IMG/VR virus record: IMGVR_UViG_3300011102_000450
Location: 1 to 27,251 of that record
Reading direction: 5' to 3' (one strand)
Source of the DNA: a virus
Lineage: Duplodnaviria; Caudoviricetes
Length of the DNA stretch: 27,251 nucleotides
Under the pieces are notes generated by a model. The model was not told where the DNA came from and did no database searches. It saw only the letters and a list, made by a program, of their open reading frames with translations. Positions 6,245-16,285 of this stretch are shown piece after piece (within the stretch, counting starts at the first letter, position 1; each line of letters opens with the position of its first letter). Both the position numbers and the translations under genes were made by a program.

Positions 6245-8626
6245 TCAGGCGGAATAAACACGGTAACCGGCGCCGGGGCCGCCCATTCGCACGACGCGCA
6301 GATTGCCGGAATTGACGCTGTGGGCGATGTGTCGCGTGCCCGACGCGTTGGGGCCGGTCTCGCCCAGCTGCACCCATTGATAGGTGGTGGAACTGAGCGG
6401 CGAGGGCGGGGCGGTGAGCAGGTGGATTTCCGCGTCGGTGACGTTAGCCTCGAACGGGTCCGTATCGTCCTTGATGATTTTGAGCCACACCTCTCGCGCG
6501 TCCGTCGCGTCCAGGGCGGCGGCGAAATAAACCGGCTCCGCGAAATCCAGCGGCACGCCGCCGGGCTGAAGCTCCGGCACGCAGACGGTCCCGCTCTCCG
6601 CGGTGACCGCGCCGTAGGTGACGCCCACGAACCATTTCAGATCGCCGCCGACCAGCTCGCTTTTTGTCACCAGTTGCAGCCCGCCGATTTTAGGCATCGG
6701 CACGCCCAGCACGCCCAGGTGGCGCTGTTTGATGGTTAGACCGTCGGTCGGGTCGCTCTCGATTTCGGCGATGAGGAAATGCCCCTCGTCCAGCGCGATA
6801 CCGTTGCGCACCTCGATTTCCGCCACGACGCCCGCGCCCTGGGGGCGCACGACGCAATAGATTTTGTCCCCGTCGCCCGCCGTGAACTCCCCGCCGCTAA
6901 CAGGTTCCTGACGGATTTCGTTATCGTAAACCAAAGCCACCGCGCCGTCCTCCACCTTGATTTTCCCGGAGCCGCCGGGCTTGCAGGCGAAAAACAAATC
7001 GCTGGGCGGCGGAGTGCGTCGCGTGCTGTTGACCACGCGCCCGCCCGTCGCGCCGGTGACCGCGCCGGACGCCGCGGCGGTGGAATCGCTGCGAATCGTT
7101 AGCGGGTAGTTCACCAGCGGCCGCGTGCGCTCGCCAGCGCGCTGGAGCTCCAGCCAATCCATCGGAGACAGGTTGCCATTTTGCGGCCCGTAGGCGACGG
7201 ACACGCGCCCGCTGAAGACGTCCACACTGCTGCTCTGAATGGGCGACGCGGTGACGGCGACGGGGCCTGTTAGCGCGAGCCGCCTGCCTGGCATCAGCGC
7301 CAGATCAGGCTCGGCGCCCACGTGCGTGTATCCTCCTTCCGCGAACTCCGCGGACATCGCGGCGTAAACCGCCGCGGCCAGTCCCGTCGGGACCGTTTCC
7401 CCGCCGCCGCCGCTGGCCGTGCGATAGGTTTGATCCAGCGCGTCCGTGCCCATTAATTCGACCTGGAAATCCGCGACCTTGTGAGCGCCCGTGAACAGGG
7501 CGTAGAGGTCCGGGTTGTCGTCGGCCGCGCCCGTGAATTTGAGCCGAACGGTGACGGTGACGGGAGCGGCGGAAACCCCCGTCATCCAGGGCTGGATAGC
7601 GCCTTTGATCAGCTCTCGGGGGTAGGATGCTAGAACGGAGCCGGGTCCGATCGCCTCGTCCGCTTTGACGGTTTGTTTGATCGACAGGACCTCGATTTCT
7701 CCCGGCCCCGGATTCGCCTCGGCGATTTCCGGGAATTTGAGTTTGAGCCAATCGCCCAGGTTGGGGTCCGACGTGGACGCCGGGATGTCCATCGTTTCGA
7801 CAGCCTGCTCCTGCGTGACGATGGTCGGGCCTCTGAGCGGAATGGTGAAATGGTTGACGCGCGGGCCGGTGGTGACGCCCGCGGAATCGTCCACGATCTC
7901 GGTGTAGGACTGGCCGTTGACCACGCTGGAGCGCTCGTAGTGAATCACCACGCCGCGACTGAGCGCGGAGCGCGGCGTTTTCCGCGCGGCGGGTTGTCCT
8001 GCGGAGGAACGGGAGACCGTCGGCAGGTCAGCGGCCTTGACGATGTGCAGCCCGCCGCCGCCCGCGTGGTCGAAATAAACCACGCAATCCGGGTGCCACC
8101 GCATCACCTGGCGGATCACCTCCGCGCAGGTAGCGTCCACCATCTCGAACTGCGGAGGCGTTAGCGTGACGCCTGACAAAATGCCACCGAGCGGAATGGA
8201 CGCGCCTTGAGTGTTGGCGTAGGCGAGCACGCTGGCAATGATTCCGGCCGATGTCTGCCGCGCGCCCGTGTTGTCGATTCCGAGGATGACTCGACTTTTG
8301 TATTTGGTCGCGTTCAGCTCGCCCGAGGCGAACGGCTGCAAATAGACGATTTCCTCCAGCAGTTTCCAGCGGCTGGACAGTGTCAGGATATGGTGCTCCG
8401 ATCCGCCATCGGCGGCCAGCTCCAGACCGGAAACAATGCCTTGGAAAAACGTGCCGCTTGGCGAGGTGATCGTGACGGCGTCACCCTCCTCCCATTCCCC
8501 GGAGGCGTCCACGTCGCGAGCGATGGTTAGCATGCAGGAGTCGTTCCCTCCGTTCTGAAACGTGGCCGTGCATCCGATGACGCCGATGTCGGCGAATTCT
8601 CCGTGCGTCGAAATCTCCCAGGGCAT
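6245..8626 (-). CDS. Large tail protein (hub/central tail-tip-like)
   Basis: 793 aa directly after the tape measure gene; N-terminal CMLTI...GDAVTI...FFQGIV pattern typical of hub proteins. Confidence 0.7.
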   Translation of the reverse strand: MPWEISTHGEFADIGVIGCTATFQNGGNDSCMLTIARDVDASGEWEEGDAVTITSPSGTFFQGIVSGLELAADGGSEHHILTLSSRWKLLEEIVYLQPFASGELNATKYKSRVILGIDNTGARQTSAGIIASVLAYANTQGASIPLGGILSGVTLTPPQFEMVDATCAEVIRQVMRWHPDCVVYFDHAGGGGLHIVKAADLPTVSRSSAGQPAARKTPRSALSRGVVIHYERSSVVNGQSYTEIVDDSAGVTTGPRVNHFTIPLRGPTIVTQEQAVETMDIPASTSDPNLGDWLKLKFPEIAEANPGPGEIEVLSIKQTVKADEAIGPGSVLASYPRELIKGAIQPWMTGVSAAPVTVTVRLKFTGAADDNPDLYALFTGAHKVADFQVELMGTDALDQTYRTASGGGGETVPTGLAAAVYAAMSAEFAEGGYTHVGAEPDLALMPGRRLALTGPVAVTASPIQSSSVDVFSGRVSVAYGPQNGNLSPMDWLELQRAGERTRPLVNYPLTIRSDSTAAASGAVTGATGGRVVNSTRRTPPPSDLFFACKPGGSGKIKVEDGAVALVYDNEIRQEPVSGGEFTAGDGDKIYCVVRPQGAGVVAEIEVRNGIALDEGHFLIAEIESDPTDGLTIKQRHLGVLGVPMPKIGGLQLVTKSELVGGDLKWFVGVTYGAVTAESGTVCVPELQPGGVPLDFAEPVYFAAALDATDAREVWLKIIKDDTDPFEANVTDAEIHLLTAPPSPLSSTTYQWVQLGETGPNASGTRHIAHSVNSGNLRVVRMGGPGAGYRVYSA

Positions 8627-8632
8627 GGCGTG

Positions 8633-10501
8633 TTAGCGTCCGGTTCTGGTGTTGTTCAGGCGGCTCTCGAATTCCGCGAATTTTTTGCGGATTTCCGCGT
8701 CTTTAAGCTCCTGACGATCCATCCAGCGAATCAGGGAATTGAATACGTTTTCCAACGCCCTGTCGCTCCCGGCCCGTCCCTCCACGCGGGCCTGGACGGC
8801 CTGCTGCATGTGACGCAGCTGCTCCAGCGTCAGGCCGGGGATCCCGCCAACGTCGCCCATGATCCCATCGGCGGCGCGGCGGCGTTCCTCGGCGCGGCGC
8901 TCCTCCTCGCGGCGTCGCTGCTCCTCCTCCTGGCGATCCAGCGTCACCACTCGCGCGGTGGATTCGATGGTTTCGCGACGCTCCCCGGCCTGAAACACGC
9001 GGGAACGGGATTCGCGCTCCCGCGCCAGCAGTTCCGCCTCGCGCCTGCGGCGCTGTTCCTCCTCGCGCCAGTTCTCGGCGGTCCTGGCGCGCTCGGAAAT
9101 CATGGATTGCGCGTCCTCAAGCGTCGCACCCTTCCGGCCCAATCGCATTTGCGCGGCCTCGTCGCGGAGTCGTTTGCGGTCCAGCTCGGCGAGTTGTTGC
9201 GCCACGTTGTCGAGATTCCGGCGCGCCGCGAGATAGGCCGGATTGTCGCGCCATCCGTCTCCCTCCATTCTGCCGCCAGGGCCCGGCCCCATTCCGCCGA
9301 TCATGCCGCCGGTGCCGAGTTTCTCGGGCAGGGCGGCGAGATCGGCGCGGGCCTTTTCCGCCTGCGCCGCCAGCAGCGCCCGCTGTTTCTCGAGTTGCTC
9401 CCGGTCGTCTTTTGTCAGCAATCCATCCGTCGCCCGTTGCAGCAGCGCCACCGCGTCCGTCTGCTTCGACGCCGCCGCGCCCGCCGCCGCGGCCCTGGCC
9501 TGCTCGTCACGGATGCGCGCCTGCGCCTCCGCGTCCGCCCGCTCCTGCGCCCGCCGCGCCGCCTCCGCGCGGACGCGCGCCCGCTCGCGTTCAAACTCCT
9601 GTTCCGTGATTCGGCCCTCGGCCCGATCCAGCTCCAGGTTCGCTAACTGGAGACTCGTTTCCGCGTCGTCCTCGTCGTCGGAGATTTGTTTGAGGCGATT
9701 TCGGGCCGCCGCGTTTTCGTTGATGCGCCGGGTAGTTTTTTCGTATTCCTCCTGGATCGCCTTTAGGCGGTCTTCGTGGGCCTTCAGCGCCTTGTTAGCC
9801 TCGCCCCACTTCGCGGCGTCATTGCGCGCCTGCTGAGCCGCGCGCCCGGCCTCCAGCGCCAGATTCGACGCCTTCTCGGCGGCGGAATCAGCGCCGTCTC
9901 CGAAAATATCGAACCGCTGAGAGATTTGATTCAGCCCCACGGCCAGAATTCCCAGCACGCCCGCGACGCCCGTCCCCATCCCCAGCCCCATCACGAGTTG
10001 GGGGATGTTGTTCACAACGCCGCGAATTCCATACTGCAGGTCATCCAGAAAAAACGCAGCGTTCAGGGCGGCGCCCCCGAAATTGTTGGTGGTTTTCGTC
10101 GCCTTGTCCGATTCGCCGCTGAAACGCGCGCTGGTGGTCGCCGCTCTGGACGCGGAGCCATCCACCCTGTTCAGTTCGGTGGAGGCTTTCCCGGCGCTCT
10201 TCGCCGCGTCGTCCAGCTCGCGCTTCAGTTCGCCGGATTCCCGGCCGGCCTTGTTCAGGGCGGTGGAGGCTTCGCGAGCCTCCTTTTCCGTTTGGTCGAG
10301 CGCCTTGTTAGTTTTGTTGGCGGAAGTTCCGGTGCCGTCGATTTTCCGCGCGGACTCCTCAGCTTCCTGACCGGTTTGATCCAGCGCCTCGGACGCGTCG
10401 TCCGCGCCTTTTTTGAGGTCGTCCAGCGCGTCGTCGGCCTGCTTGACGCCGGACGTGTCCGCGCTGGTGTTGATGCGGATTGAAAGGTCGTTGTCTGCCA
10501 T
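8633..10501 (-). CDS. Tail tape measure protein
   Basis: Start MADNDLSIRINTSADTSG, long Ala/Glu/Arg helical stretches, one hydrophobic segment (DDLQYGIRGVVNNIPQL...GVAGVLGILAVGL). Confidence 0.85.
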   Translation of the reverse strand: MADNDLSIRINTSADTSGVKQADDALDDLKKGADDASEALDQTGQEAEESARKIDGTGTSANKTNKALDQTEKEAREASTALNKAGRESGELKRELDDAAKSAGKASTELNRVDGSASRAATTSARFSGESDKATKTTNNFGGAALNAAFFLDDLQYGIRGVVNNIPQLVMGLGMGTGVAGVLGILAVGLNQISQRFDIFGDGADSAAEKASNLALEAGRAAQQARNDAAKWGEANKALKAHEDRLKAIQEEYEKTTRRINENAAARNRLKQISDDEDDAETSLQLANLELDRAEGRITEQEFERERARVRAEAARRAQERADAEAQARIRDEQARAAAAGAAASKQTDAVALLQRATDGLLTKDDREQLEKQRALLAAQAEKARADLAALPEKLGTGGMIGGMGPGPGGRMEGDGWRDNPAYLAARRNLDNVAQQLAELDRKRLRDEAAQMRLGRKGATLEDAQSMISERARTAENWREEEQRRRREAELLARERESRSRVFQAGERRETIESTARVVTLDRQEEEQRRREEERRAEERRRAADGIMGDVGGIPGLTLEQLRHMQQAVQARVEGRAGSDRALENVFNSLIRWMDRQELKDAEIRKKFAEFESRLNNTRTGR

Positions 10502-10503
10502 GG

Positions 10504-10785
10504 TCAGAGTTCAGTTTGTGGCGCGGCGGCGAGATAGGTTGCTTCGTCGATCTCCTCCACGCCCGGGATCGCGAGCCCCTGCGCCACCAGCGTTTCCCAC
10601 GGCTCGCCCGTGGTGTGGTGTTCTGCCAGTGCAAGATAGGACAAGCCCCCGGCGGCGTGGTCGCCGTCAACCGGCCAGGGTTCGTCAGCGCGCGGGTTTG
10701 GCTGCTCTAAAAACTCGCGCACGTCCGCCCGGAGCGCGTTGAGCGTCTCCGTCGGGGCGCGGAAATATCGTGTGCCGGTGCTCAT
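10504..10785 (-). CDS. Hypothetical protein
   Basis: ATG at 10785 overlaps the upstream stop (ATGA); fills the gap before the tape measure gene. Confidence 0.7.
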   Translation of the reverse strand: MSTGTRYFRAPTETLNALRADVREFLEQPNPRADEPWPVDGDHAAGGLSYLALAEHHTTGEPWETLVAQGLAIPGVEEIDEATYLAAAPQTEL

Positions 10786-11852
10786 GTCAGGGGAATGTCC
10801 AGGCCGACCCACAGGCCGGCGAATCTGCGGAGACGTTTGAGTTCCGCGTCCGACGGCGGAGCCGCGCCGGACCATTTAATTTCGCAGGCGACGTGGCCGC
10901 CAAAATAGGTGTTTGCGCTGGTCGTCGCGCCCATGTGGACGGCGGCGCTGGCGGTGTCGGGCAACGCCGCGCCCTCGAACGTGGCGGGCGTCCCGGCGAC
11001 GCCGTCGACGTGCACCGTCAGCGACCCGCCAGCGAAATCGCCAACAGCGTCGATCACGTGCCACCCCTCGGACAGCGCGGCCGTGGACGAATAGGCGGAC
11101 GATTGCGCGTCCGTCAGGCGCAGCAGCGCCGCCGCCTGGTTGCGCGTGTTAATCCCAAACCGGACGTTTGTGCCGCCGTTGACGGTGTGCGAACTCACGA
11201 CGTGGTTGGTCGCGCCGCCGGTGATGTTGGTGTCCAGACAGGCGACGACGATGCCGCCCGCCCCAACGGCGCGGAACACGTCCAGCTCGTCGCCATCCGT
11301 GGCGCTGAGCCGGTGCGCGGAAGAGGAAAACTGGACGGTGTCGTTTCCCTCCACAAACGCCACGCGCCTCACCGGCTGCGCGGAACCCGTCGCCTGATCC
11401 AGCGACCAGCCGTTGACGATGTCCACCCAGCGCCGCACGGTCTCGCCTTCCTCCGCCTCCTCGTCCGGGCCGACGGCGTTGAGCACCGGCCCGAGCGTCG
11501 CGACGCGACAGGTTTTCACCTGCGGCACGTCGGCCGGGTGCCAGCACGTTAGAGAGTTGGACGCGCCGTCCTGCGTGATGGGTTTGCCGATGTCCGTCAG
11601 CCTGACAACGTAAGTGTCGCCGGTCTCGCCGGGAACGGGGCTTCCGTCCACGATCCACTGTCCGGCGGCGGTGGATGTCAGCGTTTCGCCGGGGAACGCC
11701 GTGCCGGAAATCTCCGCGCCCTCCGGCTCCTCCGGGTCCGGGTCCGGCCCTGGATCGGGTGGAGCGCCGCCACCTCCTCCGCTCCGGGAAATGGCTCCCA
11801 GCGCGGCCGCGATTGACGGCAGGATGCAGTGAGAGATCGGACGCAGGATCAT
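10782..11852 (-). CDS. Virion fibre/adhesin-like protein with Ig-like and LamG/ConA-like domains
   Basis: Gly/Pro linker, Ig-like ISGTAFPGETLT...QW...GDTYVV...DIGKPIT, then LamG-like WHVIDAV...LTVHVDG...YFGGHVACEI. Confidence 0.7.
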   Translation of the reverse strand: MILRPISHCILPSIAAALGAISRSGGGGGAPPDPGPDPDPEEPEGAEISGTAFPGETLTSTAAGQWIVDGSPVPGETGDTYVVRLTDIGKPITQDGASNSLTCWHPADVPQVKTCRVATLGPVLNAVGPDEEAEEGETVRRWVDIVNGWSLDQATGSAQPVRRVAFVEGNDTVQFSSSAHRLSATDGDELDVFRAVGAGGIVVACLDTNITGGATNHVVSSHTVNGGTNVRFGINTRNQAAALLRLTDAQSSAYSSTAALSEGWHVIDAVGDFAGGSLTVHVDGVAGTPATFEGAALPDTASAAVHMGATTSANTYFGGHVACEIKWSGAAPPSDAELKRLRRFAGLWVGLDIPLT

Positions 11853-11868
11853 GTTACTCCTCCTCCGG

Positions 11869-12153
11869 TTAGGAATTGGCGGGGATTGTCACCAGCACGT
11901 CGATCGCCGTCGCGTCCGTCGCGTTGATGACGCGGACGCGCAGTTTCGGCGAGACGAAATGGATCGGAAAACCGCTGGAATGCGGCGTGAATTGTCCGGT
12001 GTAGGGCACCCACTGTTCCGCGCCGGGGCTGCCGAGACCGAACTCGACGACAATTTGTTCGCCGCCCTGGACGCCGGCCCACGCGATGGTGCCGACGGTG
12101 TTCGGGGTGACGTCTTTGACGACGGAGGGGGCCGCTTTGGTGAGTGTGTCCAT
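11869..12153 (-). CDS. Small hypothetical beta-rich virion protein
   Basis: Fits the operon; A/C-rich leader AAACCCCTGACAAC before the ATG. Confidence 0.7.
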   Translation of the reverse strand: MDTLTKAAPSVVKDVTPNTVGTIAWAGVQGGEQIVVEFGLGSPGAEQWVPYTGQFTPHSSGFPIHFVSPKLRVRVINATDATAIDVLVTIPANS

Positions 12154-12176
12154 GTTGTCAGGGGTTTGTTATAAAA

Positions 12177-15100
12177 TCAGGTGTCGGCGAGCCATTCGTC
12201 CCCGGCGGCCATGCCCGCGTCGGAGAGTTTGGGATGGACGGCAATGTCTCCCAAGATCCCGTGCGCGTAGTTAGCGCCGCGCCTGCCGATGTAGGAAAGG
12301 CGTTTGTCCGTCTCATTCCCAACGACGGAATGCATCAGGCCGGAAACCTCCTGCGCGTTGGCGAAGAGCTTGCCTGCGCCAGCCGGGCCCGTGCGCGCCA
12401 CGTAACGCACGGTGGCGTTGACCGCGTGGGAGAGCACGCTCCAGGCGTTGCCCGCATCCGAAAAATGAAGTGAGTTGGACTGATGGAACGGGGAAAACGC
12501 GGCGTTGGTTCCGGCTGTTCCGAAGCCGACGAAAAGGCTCCCGAACGGCTGTTGCCTGGCCAGATAAGTCACGGACCCGCCGAGGGTCACAGGACTGGTT
12601 AGCGTGAAATGATCGTCCACGCCGTCGAACAGCAGCATTCCGGATTTAATCACCGTCGCGCGCGTGCTCGCGGTGCCGCGGTTGATCGTCACTTCCACGC
12701 CGTGGGGTCCCGCGTCCGGGAACGTGTTGGAGCCGTCCTGACAGGCCGCGGGGTCGATGTCCACGATGACGGCGGAGGCGTCGCCGAGTCCGGAACGGAC
12801 GCGGGCGCGGAACAGGCGGCCCGCGAGGGCGGAGGCTGCCCCGGTGTCGGAACTGTGACCGATGCGCAAAACGGACGGCGCGTCGATGATGGATCCGGTT
12901 CCGGCGACGGTGAGGGTGTCGCCGAGCTGGTCCCACGTTTCGCCGTCCTCGCTGGTCCAAAATTTCACCTCCCGCGAACCAGCCCCGTTGTCCACGTCGT
13001 AGGTGACACGCAGCCAGCCGGGCGCATGGTTGGCAAACGGCCAGGGCGCTGTGGAGGTGACGTTGGTCGTTCCCACGCCAACGTTGCCGGTCGGGGACGC
13101 CAGGAACCGCAGCAGCCCGGCGCTGGTGATTTGCAGATGCCAGCAGTCCGCCAGCAGGATCGCGCCGGAGTTTTGCCAGCGCTCCATGATCACTTGCGTC
13201 CCGGCCGTTTTGTTGGCGATGGAAATTTTCGCCTCGATGGTCAGGTCGCCGCCCACGTGCAGCTCCGGGAAATAGGGCAGGGAGACGCTGTTTCCCGCCG
13301 TGCCGGGGAGGAGGATGTAGTCCTCGCCATCGTGGGCGAGGTAACGGGGGCGATAGCCAATCGCGGCGGTCGCGTGGTTGTCGTTCCCGGACGTGTCCAA
13401 CAGCTTCGCCACTTCGTCCCAGTAACCGGCGGGAGCGTCCGCGGCGGTGAGCACCTTCGCGGGGTCGCTGATCTCGAACTGAAGGATCGGCTCCGACAAA
13501 TCGTCCACCTCGGGTTCATCGCCTGGATCGGGCGCGTAATCCGTGGCGAGCAGGTTGTGCGTCCAAACGTTCCGGCAGCGAACGGAGTTGCCCGCTCCCT
13601 GAATCGCGATCATCGGCTGACCGGCGGGCATTCGGTTGTCATAGGCGGAAACGCACGCGACCCGCGTGGGCTGCCACGCGCCGGAATGATTGAGCCATTG
13701 CCCGTCGGATTTTCGCTGGAGGTAGCCACGAATAAGGTTGCCGTTGGCCTCCAGTTCCGGGAGCCACGTTTCCGCGATGTCCAGCGTGAGACCAGTCACT
13801 TGGTCGAGCGTGGCGCTCCCCCCTGAGACGGTGTAAACCGTCAGGGCGACGCTGGTGCCGTTGAGCCGAAAACTGTATCCCTGCCGCGTCGGCGTGGTGG
13901 TTCCGCTGCGCAGCGTGAGACCGGGCTGCCTGACGTGAAGATAAAACGCTCCCCAGGATTTGATATTAAACTCCCCGCCAATGGCTTGGGACGGAGAGAA
14001 CATGTATGTCGGCCCGCCGAGCGCGTCCGTGTAGGTCATTCCGTCCGGAACGGAAAGGGTGAACACCCCGGGCTCGCTCGGATCGTCTTTGATTCCGGTG
14101 TCACCGATCGTTCCGCCCTCGCGCCAAAGTGTTTCGCGCGGGTTTTTGACAACAGTCCGCTCGATCACGCCCCCCGTCGCCACTCGCGTCCAGGTCGCCA
14201 GGTAGTTGGTGGATGGGTTGTTGATTTCCACCAACCCGATGCGGCCATTGTTGATGGAGTGCACCAGCCCCCCGGCGGCGATGATTCCAGCCTCGGGATT
14301 GGTGTTGATGATCGTCGGATCGTTGCATTCGATTCGATCGATGTCCGCTCCGTCGTTGTAGATGTGATAGTAAACGCCGTTGGTTCCGGCGTGCGAAAGC
14401 CGGGCCTTGTAACCGTTGACGATGATTTCCCCGATCTTGACCGGAAGTTCCTGCTCCACCTTCCAATCGCGGCGGCGAATGTGCACCAGTGGAAGGTTGA
14501 ATGGGTTGATATCGGGATGCCGCTCGTAGCTGTCGATGACAAGGCGATCCATCGAAGCGCCGACGTAAACCAACGCGTTTTTGTAGCCGCCCGTTCCAAT
14601 CCACGTGGTGTTGACGTTGCGGAGCGTGATCGTTCCAATGTTTCCCGGACCTTCTTTTCTGACTCCCGTTCCGCCTTGGGGAACCTCGTCGTAGTTGTCG
14701 ATGCAGAGCAAGTGCTGGCCATGGCGGCCGGACACGCCGTCGATGGTGATGTTGTCCACCCGCGACCCGCCGGACAGGATTCGCATTCCGTAACCCGCGT
14801 CCATCAGCATGACGTCGCGAACCTGAACGTCCCTGATGGGACCTGGGCACAACAGATTCGACTGGAAAAACGCGGGCACGCCGTCGCTTTGCGTCCACGG
14901 TTCATCGGCGTTGAACGCCAGGGCGTCGTCCATGGATTTCACCATCAGGCCGCGACCGCGCAGACGTTCACCCGAGTTGAAATGCAAACCGTCGAAGTTG
15001 TAGCCTACGACAACACCAACGTCGATGTAAATGTCCTCAAAGACGACATTGAACCAGTTGAAGAACTGCGCCGCGAACGTCCGGGGTTTGTAGATGGTCA

Positions 15101-16265
15101 GGTTCTTCAACGTCAAATCCTCGACGTTGAAGAGCCGGAAAGGCACGGTCCAGCCCTCGGTTAGATTGCTGTGAATCTGGTTCTGGCCGTTTCCGTGCCA
15201 GATTCCGCCGTCGATCGTGATTCCCCGCGTCCGCGGCAGGGTGTTCCAGTCCGGATTCTGCGGGTCCGCCTGCTGCCGGAGCGCGGCGTAGTGTTCGTTG
15301 GAGAAAATGGGCAGGTTGGCGTTGTTCGGGACGATGGCTCCGCATCCGGGCAGGGCGTCAATGAACGTCCCGGAGCGCAGAATGAGACCGGCGACGGGAA
15401 CCCTCGCGTCCCAAATGATTTTCAGGCCGGAGGCGGTGGCGGAGTCGATCAAGTCCTGGATGCGCGCTCGATAGTCCTGCCAGATGCTCGCGGAGACGGG
15501 GACGGAGGAAACGGAGAGGTCGAGGCTCGCCGGGGTGAACGTGGAGGGCAGGACGGAGGAGACGCAGACGGCGGAGGCGAGGCCTACGTTCGCGCGCGCG
15601 CGGGCCCGTTGAACGCGGGTGAGGTCCTGCGTCATGTCATGCCGCACCGCCTTGGCCGAGGCTTCCACCGCGGCGGCGGCGGAAGAGGCCGCCGCCTCAA
15701 CGGACTCCTGCACCTCCAGCACCGCCGCCAGCGATTGATCGCGAAGCTCAATGTATTGGGCGAGCGTCGGATAAAGCTCGGGATTCGGCCCCGGCTCGGT
15801 CCCGCCTCCGGCGTTGTCGCGCTCCAAGAGGATTTTCCCGGCGCCGCACGGATACCGGTCGCCGCTCTCCAACACGCCGTAAACCACCAGCCATGCGTCT
15901 CGAGTGGCATTGCGTTTCCCAAAGGCGACATTCGTTTCCGCGCCCGTGAATTCAAAGACGGCGTTTTGCTCCAATTCCTCGTCCCATCCATCGGCGGTGA
16001 TCGACTCGAGGCTCGCGGCGTCGATGGATTTGGCCGGGAGGAGCAGCTGCTTTTGCGTGCGGTCGCCGTAGATTTCAAGGTTCAGGCTGACAAATCCCGA
16101 GATGTCCAGCGGGCGGCGCACGTTTTCGCGCTCGAAAACACCCGCCTCGATGCGGACGGCGGAACCAGCGACGATGACGGCGTGACGGCGGCGGAGGTCG
16201 TCCAGGACATGATCAGGACCAACGGTTCCGGCGAGTTTCAGGCGGATTCTTCGAGGGGTTGTCAT
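12177..16265 (-). CDS. Tailspike/receptor-binding protein with GH28-like beta-helix depolymerase and C-terminal LamG-like domains
   Basis: N-terminal anchor, coiled coil and AVRHD..QDLT..QRARARANVG motif; NFDG (D425), MDD (D446/D447), MRILS; C-terminal DTSGNDNHA...FDGVDD. Confidence 0.85.
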   Translation of the reverse strand: MTTPRRIRLKLAGTVGPDHVLDDLRRRHAVIVAGSAVRIEAGVFERENVRRPLDISGFVSLNLEIYGDRTQKQLLLPAKSIDAASLESITADGWDEELEQNAVFEFTGAETNVAFGKRNATRDAWLVVYGVLESGDRYPCGAGKILLERDNAGGGTEPGPNPELYPTLAQYIELRDQSLAAVLEVQESVEAAASSAAAAVEASAKAVRHDMTQDLTRVQRARARANVGLASAVCVSSVLPSTFTPASLDLSVSSVPVSASIWQDYRARIQDLIDSATASGLKIIWDARVPVAGLILRSGTFIDALPGCGAIVPNNANLPIFSNEHYAALRQQADPQNPDWNTLPRTRGITIDGGIWHGNGQNQIHSNLTEGWTVPFRLFNVEDLTLKNLTIYKPRTFAAQFFNWFNVVFEDIYIDVGVVVGYNFDGLHFNSGERLRGRGLMVKSMDDALAFNADEPWTQSDGVPAFFQSNLLCPGPIRDVQVRDVMLMDAGYGMRILSGGSRVDNITIDGVSGRHGQHLLCIDNYDEVPQGGTGVRKEGPGNIGTITLRNVNTTWIGTGGYKNALVYVGASMDRLVIDSYERHPDINPFNLPLVHIRRRDWKVEQELPVKIGEIIVNGYKARLSHAGTNGVYYHIYNDGADIDRIECNDPTIINTNPEAGIIAAGGLVHSINNGRIGLVEINNPSTNYLATWTRVATGGVIERTVVKNPRETLWREGGTIGDTGIKDDPSEPGVFTLSVPDGMTYTDALGGPTYMFSPSQAIGGEFNIKSWGAFYLHVRQPGLTLRSGTTTPTRQGYSFRLNGTSVALTVYTVSGGSATLDQVTGLTLDIAETWLPELEANGNLIRGYLQRKSDGQWLNHSGAWQPTRVACVSAYDNRMPAGQPMIAIQGAGNSVRCRNVWTHNLLATDYAPDPGDEPEVDDLSEPILQFEISDPAKVLTAADAPAGYWDEVAKLLDTSGNDNHATAAIGYRPRYLAHDGEDYILLPGTAGNSVSLPYFPELHVGGDLTIEAKISIANKTAGTQVIMERWQNSGAILLADCWHLQITSAGLLRFLASPTGNVGVGTTNVTSTAPWPFANHAPGWLRVTYDVDNGAGSREVKFWTSEDGETWDQLGDTLTVAGTGSIIDAPSVLRIGHSSDTGAASALAGRLFRARVRSGLGDASAVIVDIDPAACQDGSNTFPDAGPHGVEVTINRGTASTRATVIKSGMLLFDGVDDHFTLTSPVTLGGSVTYLARQQPFGSLFVGFGTAGTNAAFSPFHQSNSLHFSDAGNAWSVLSHAVNATVRYVARTGPAGAGKLFANAQEVSGLMHSVVGNETDKRLSYIGRRGANYAHGILGDIAVHPKLSDAGMAAGDEWLADT

Positions 16266-16285
16266 TGGGAGGAGCTTGGAAATGG

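Noticed and set aside
5539-16265. Diversity-generating retroelement or invertible tail-fibre cassette
   Set aside because: No reverse transcriptase, invertase or near-identical template/variable repeat pair was seen in the window
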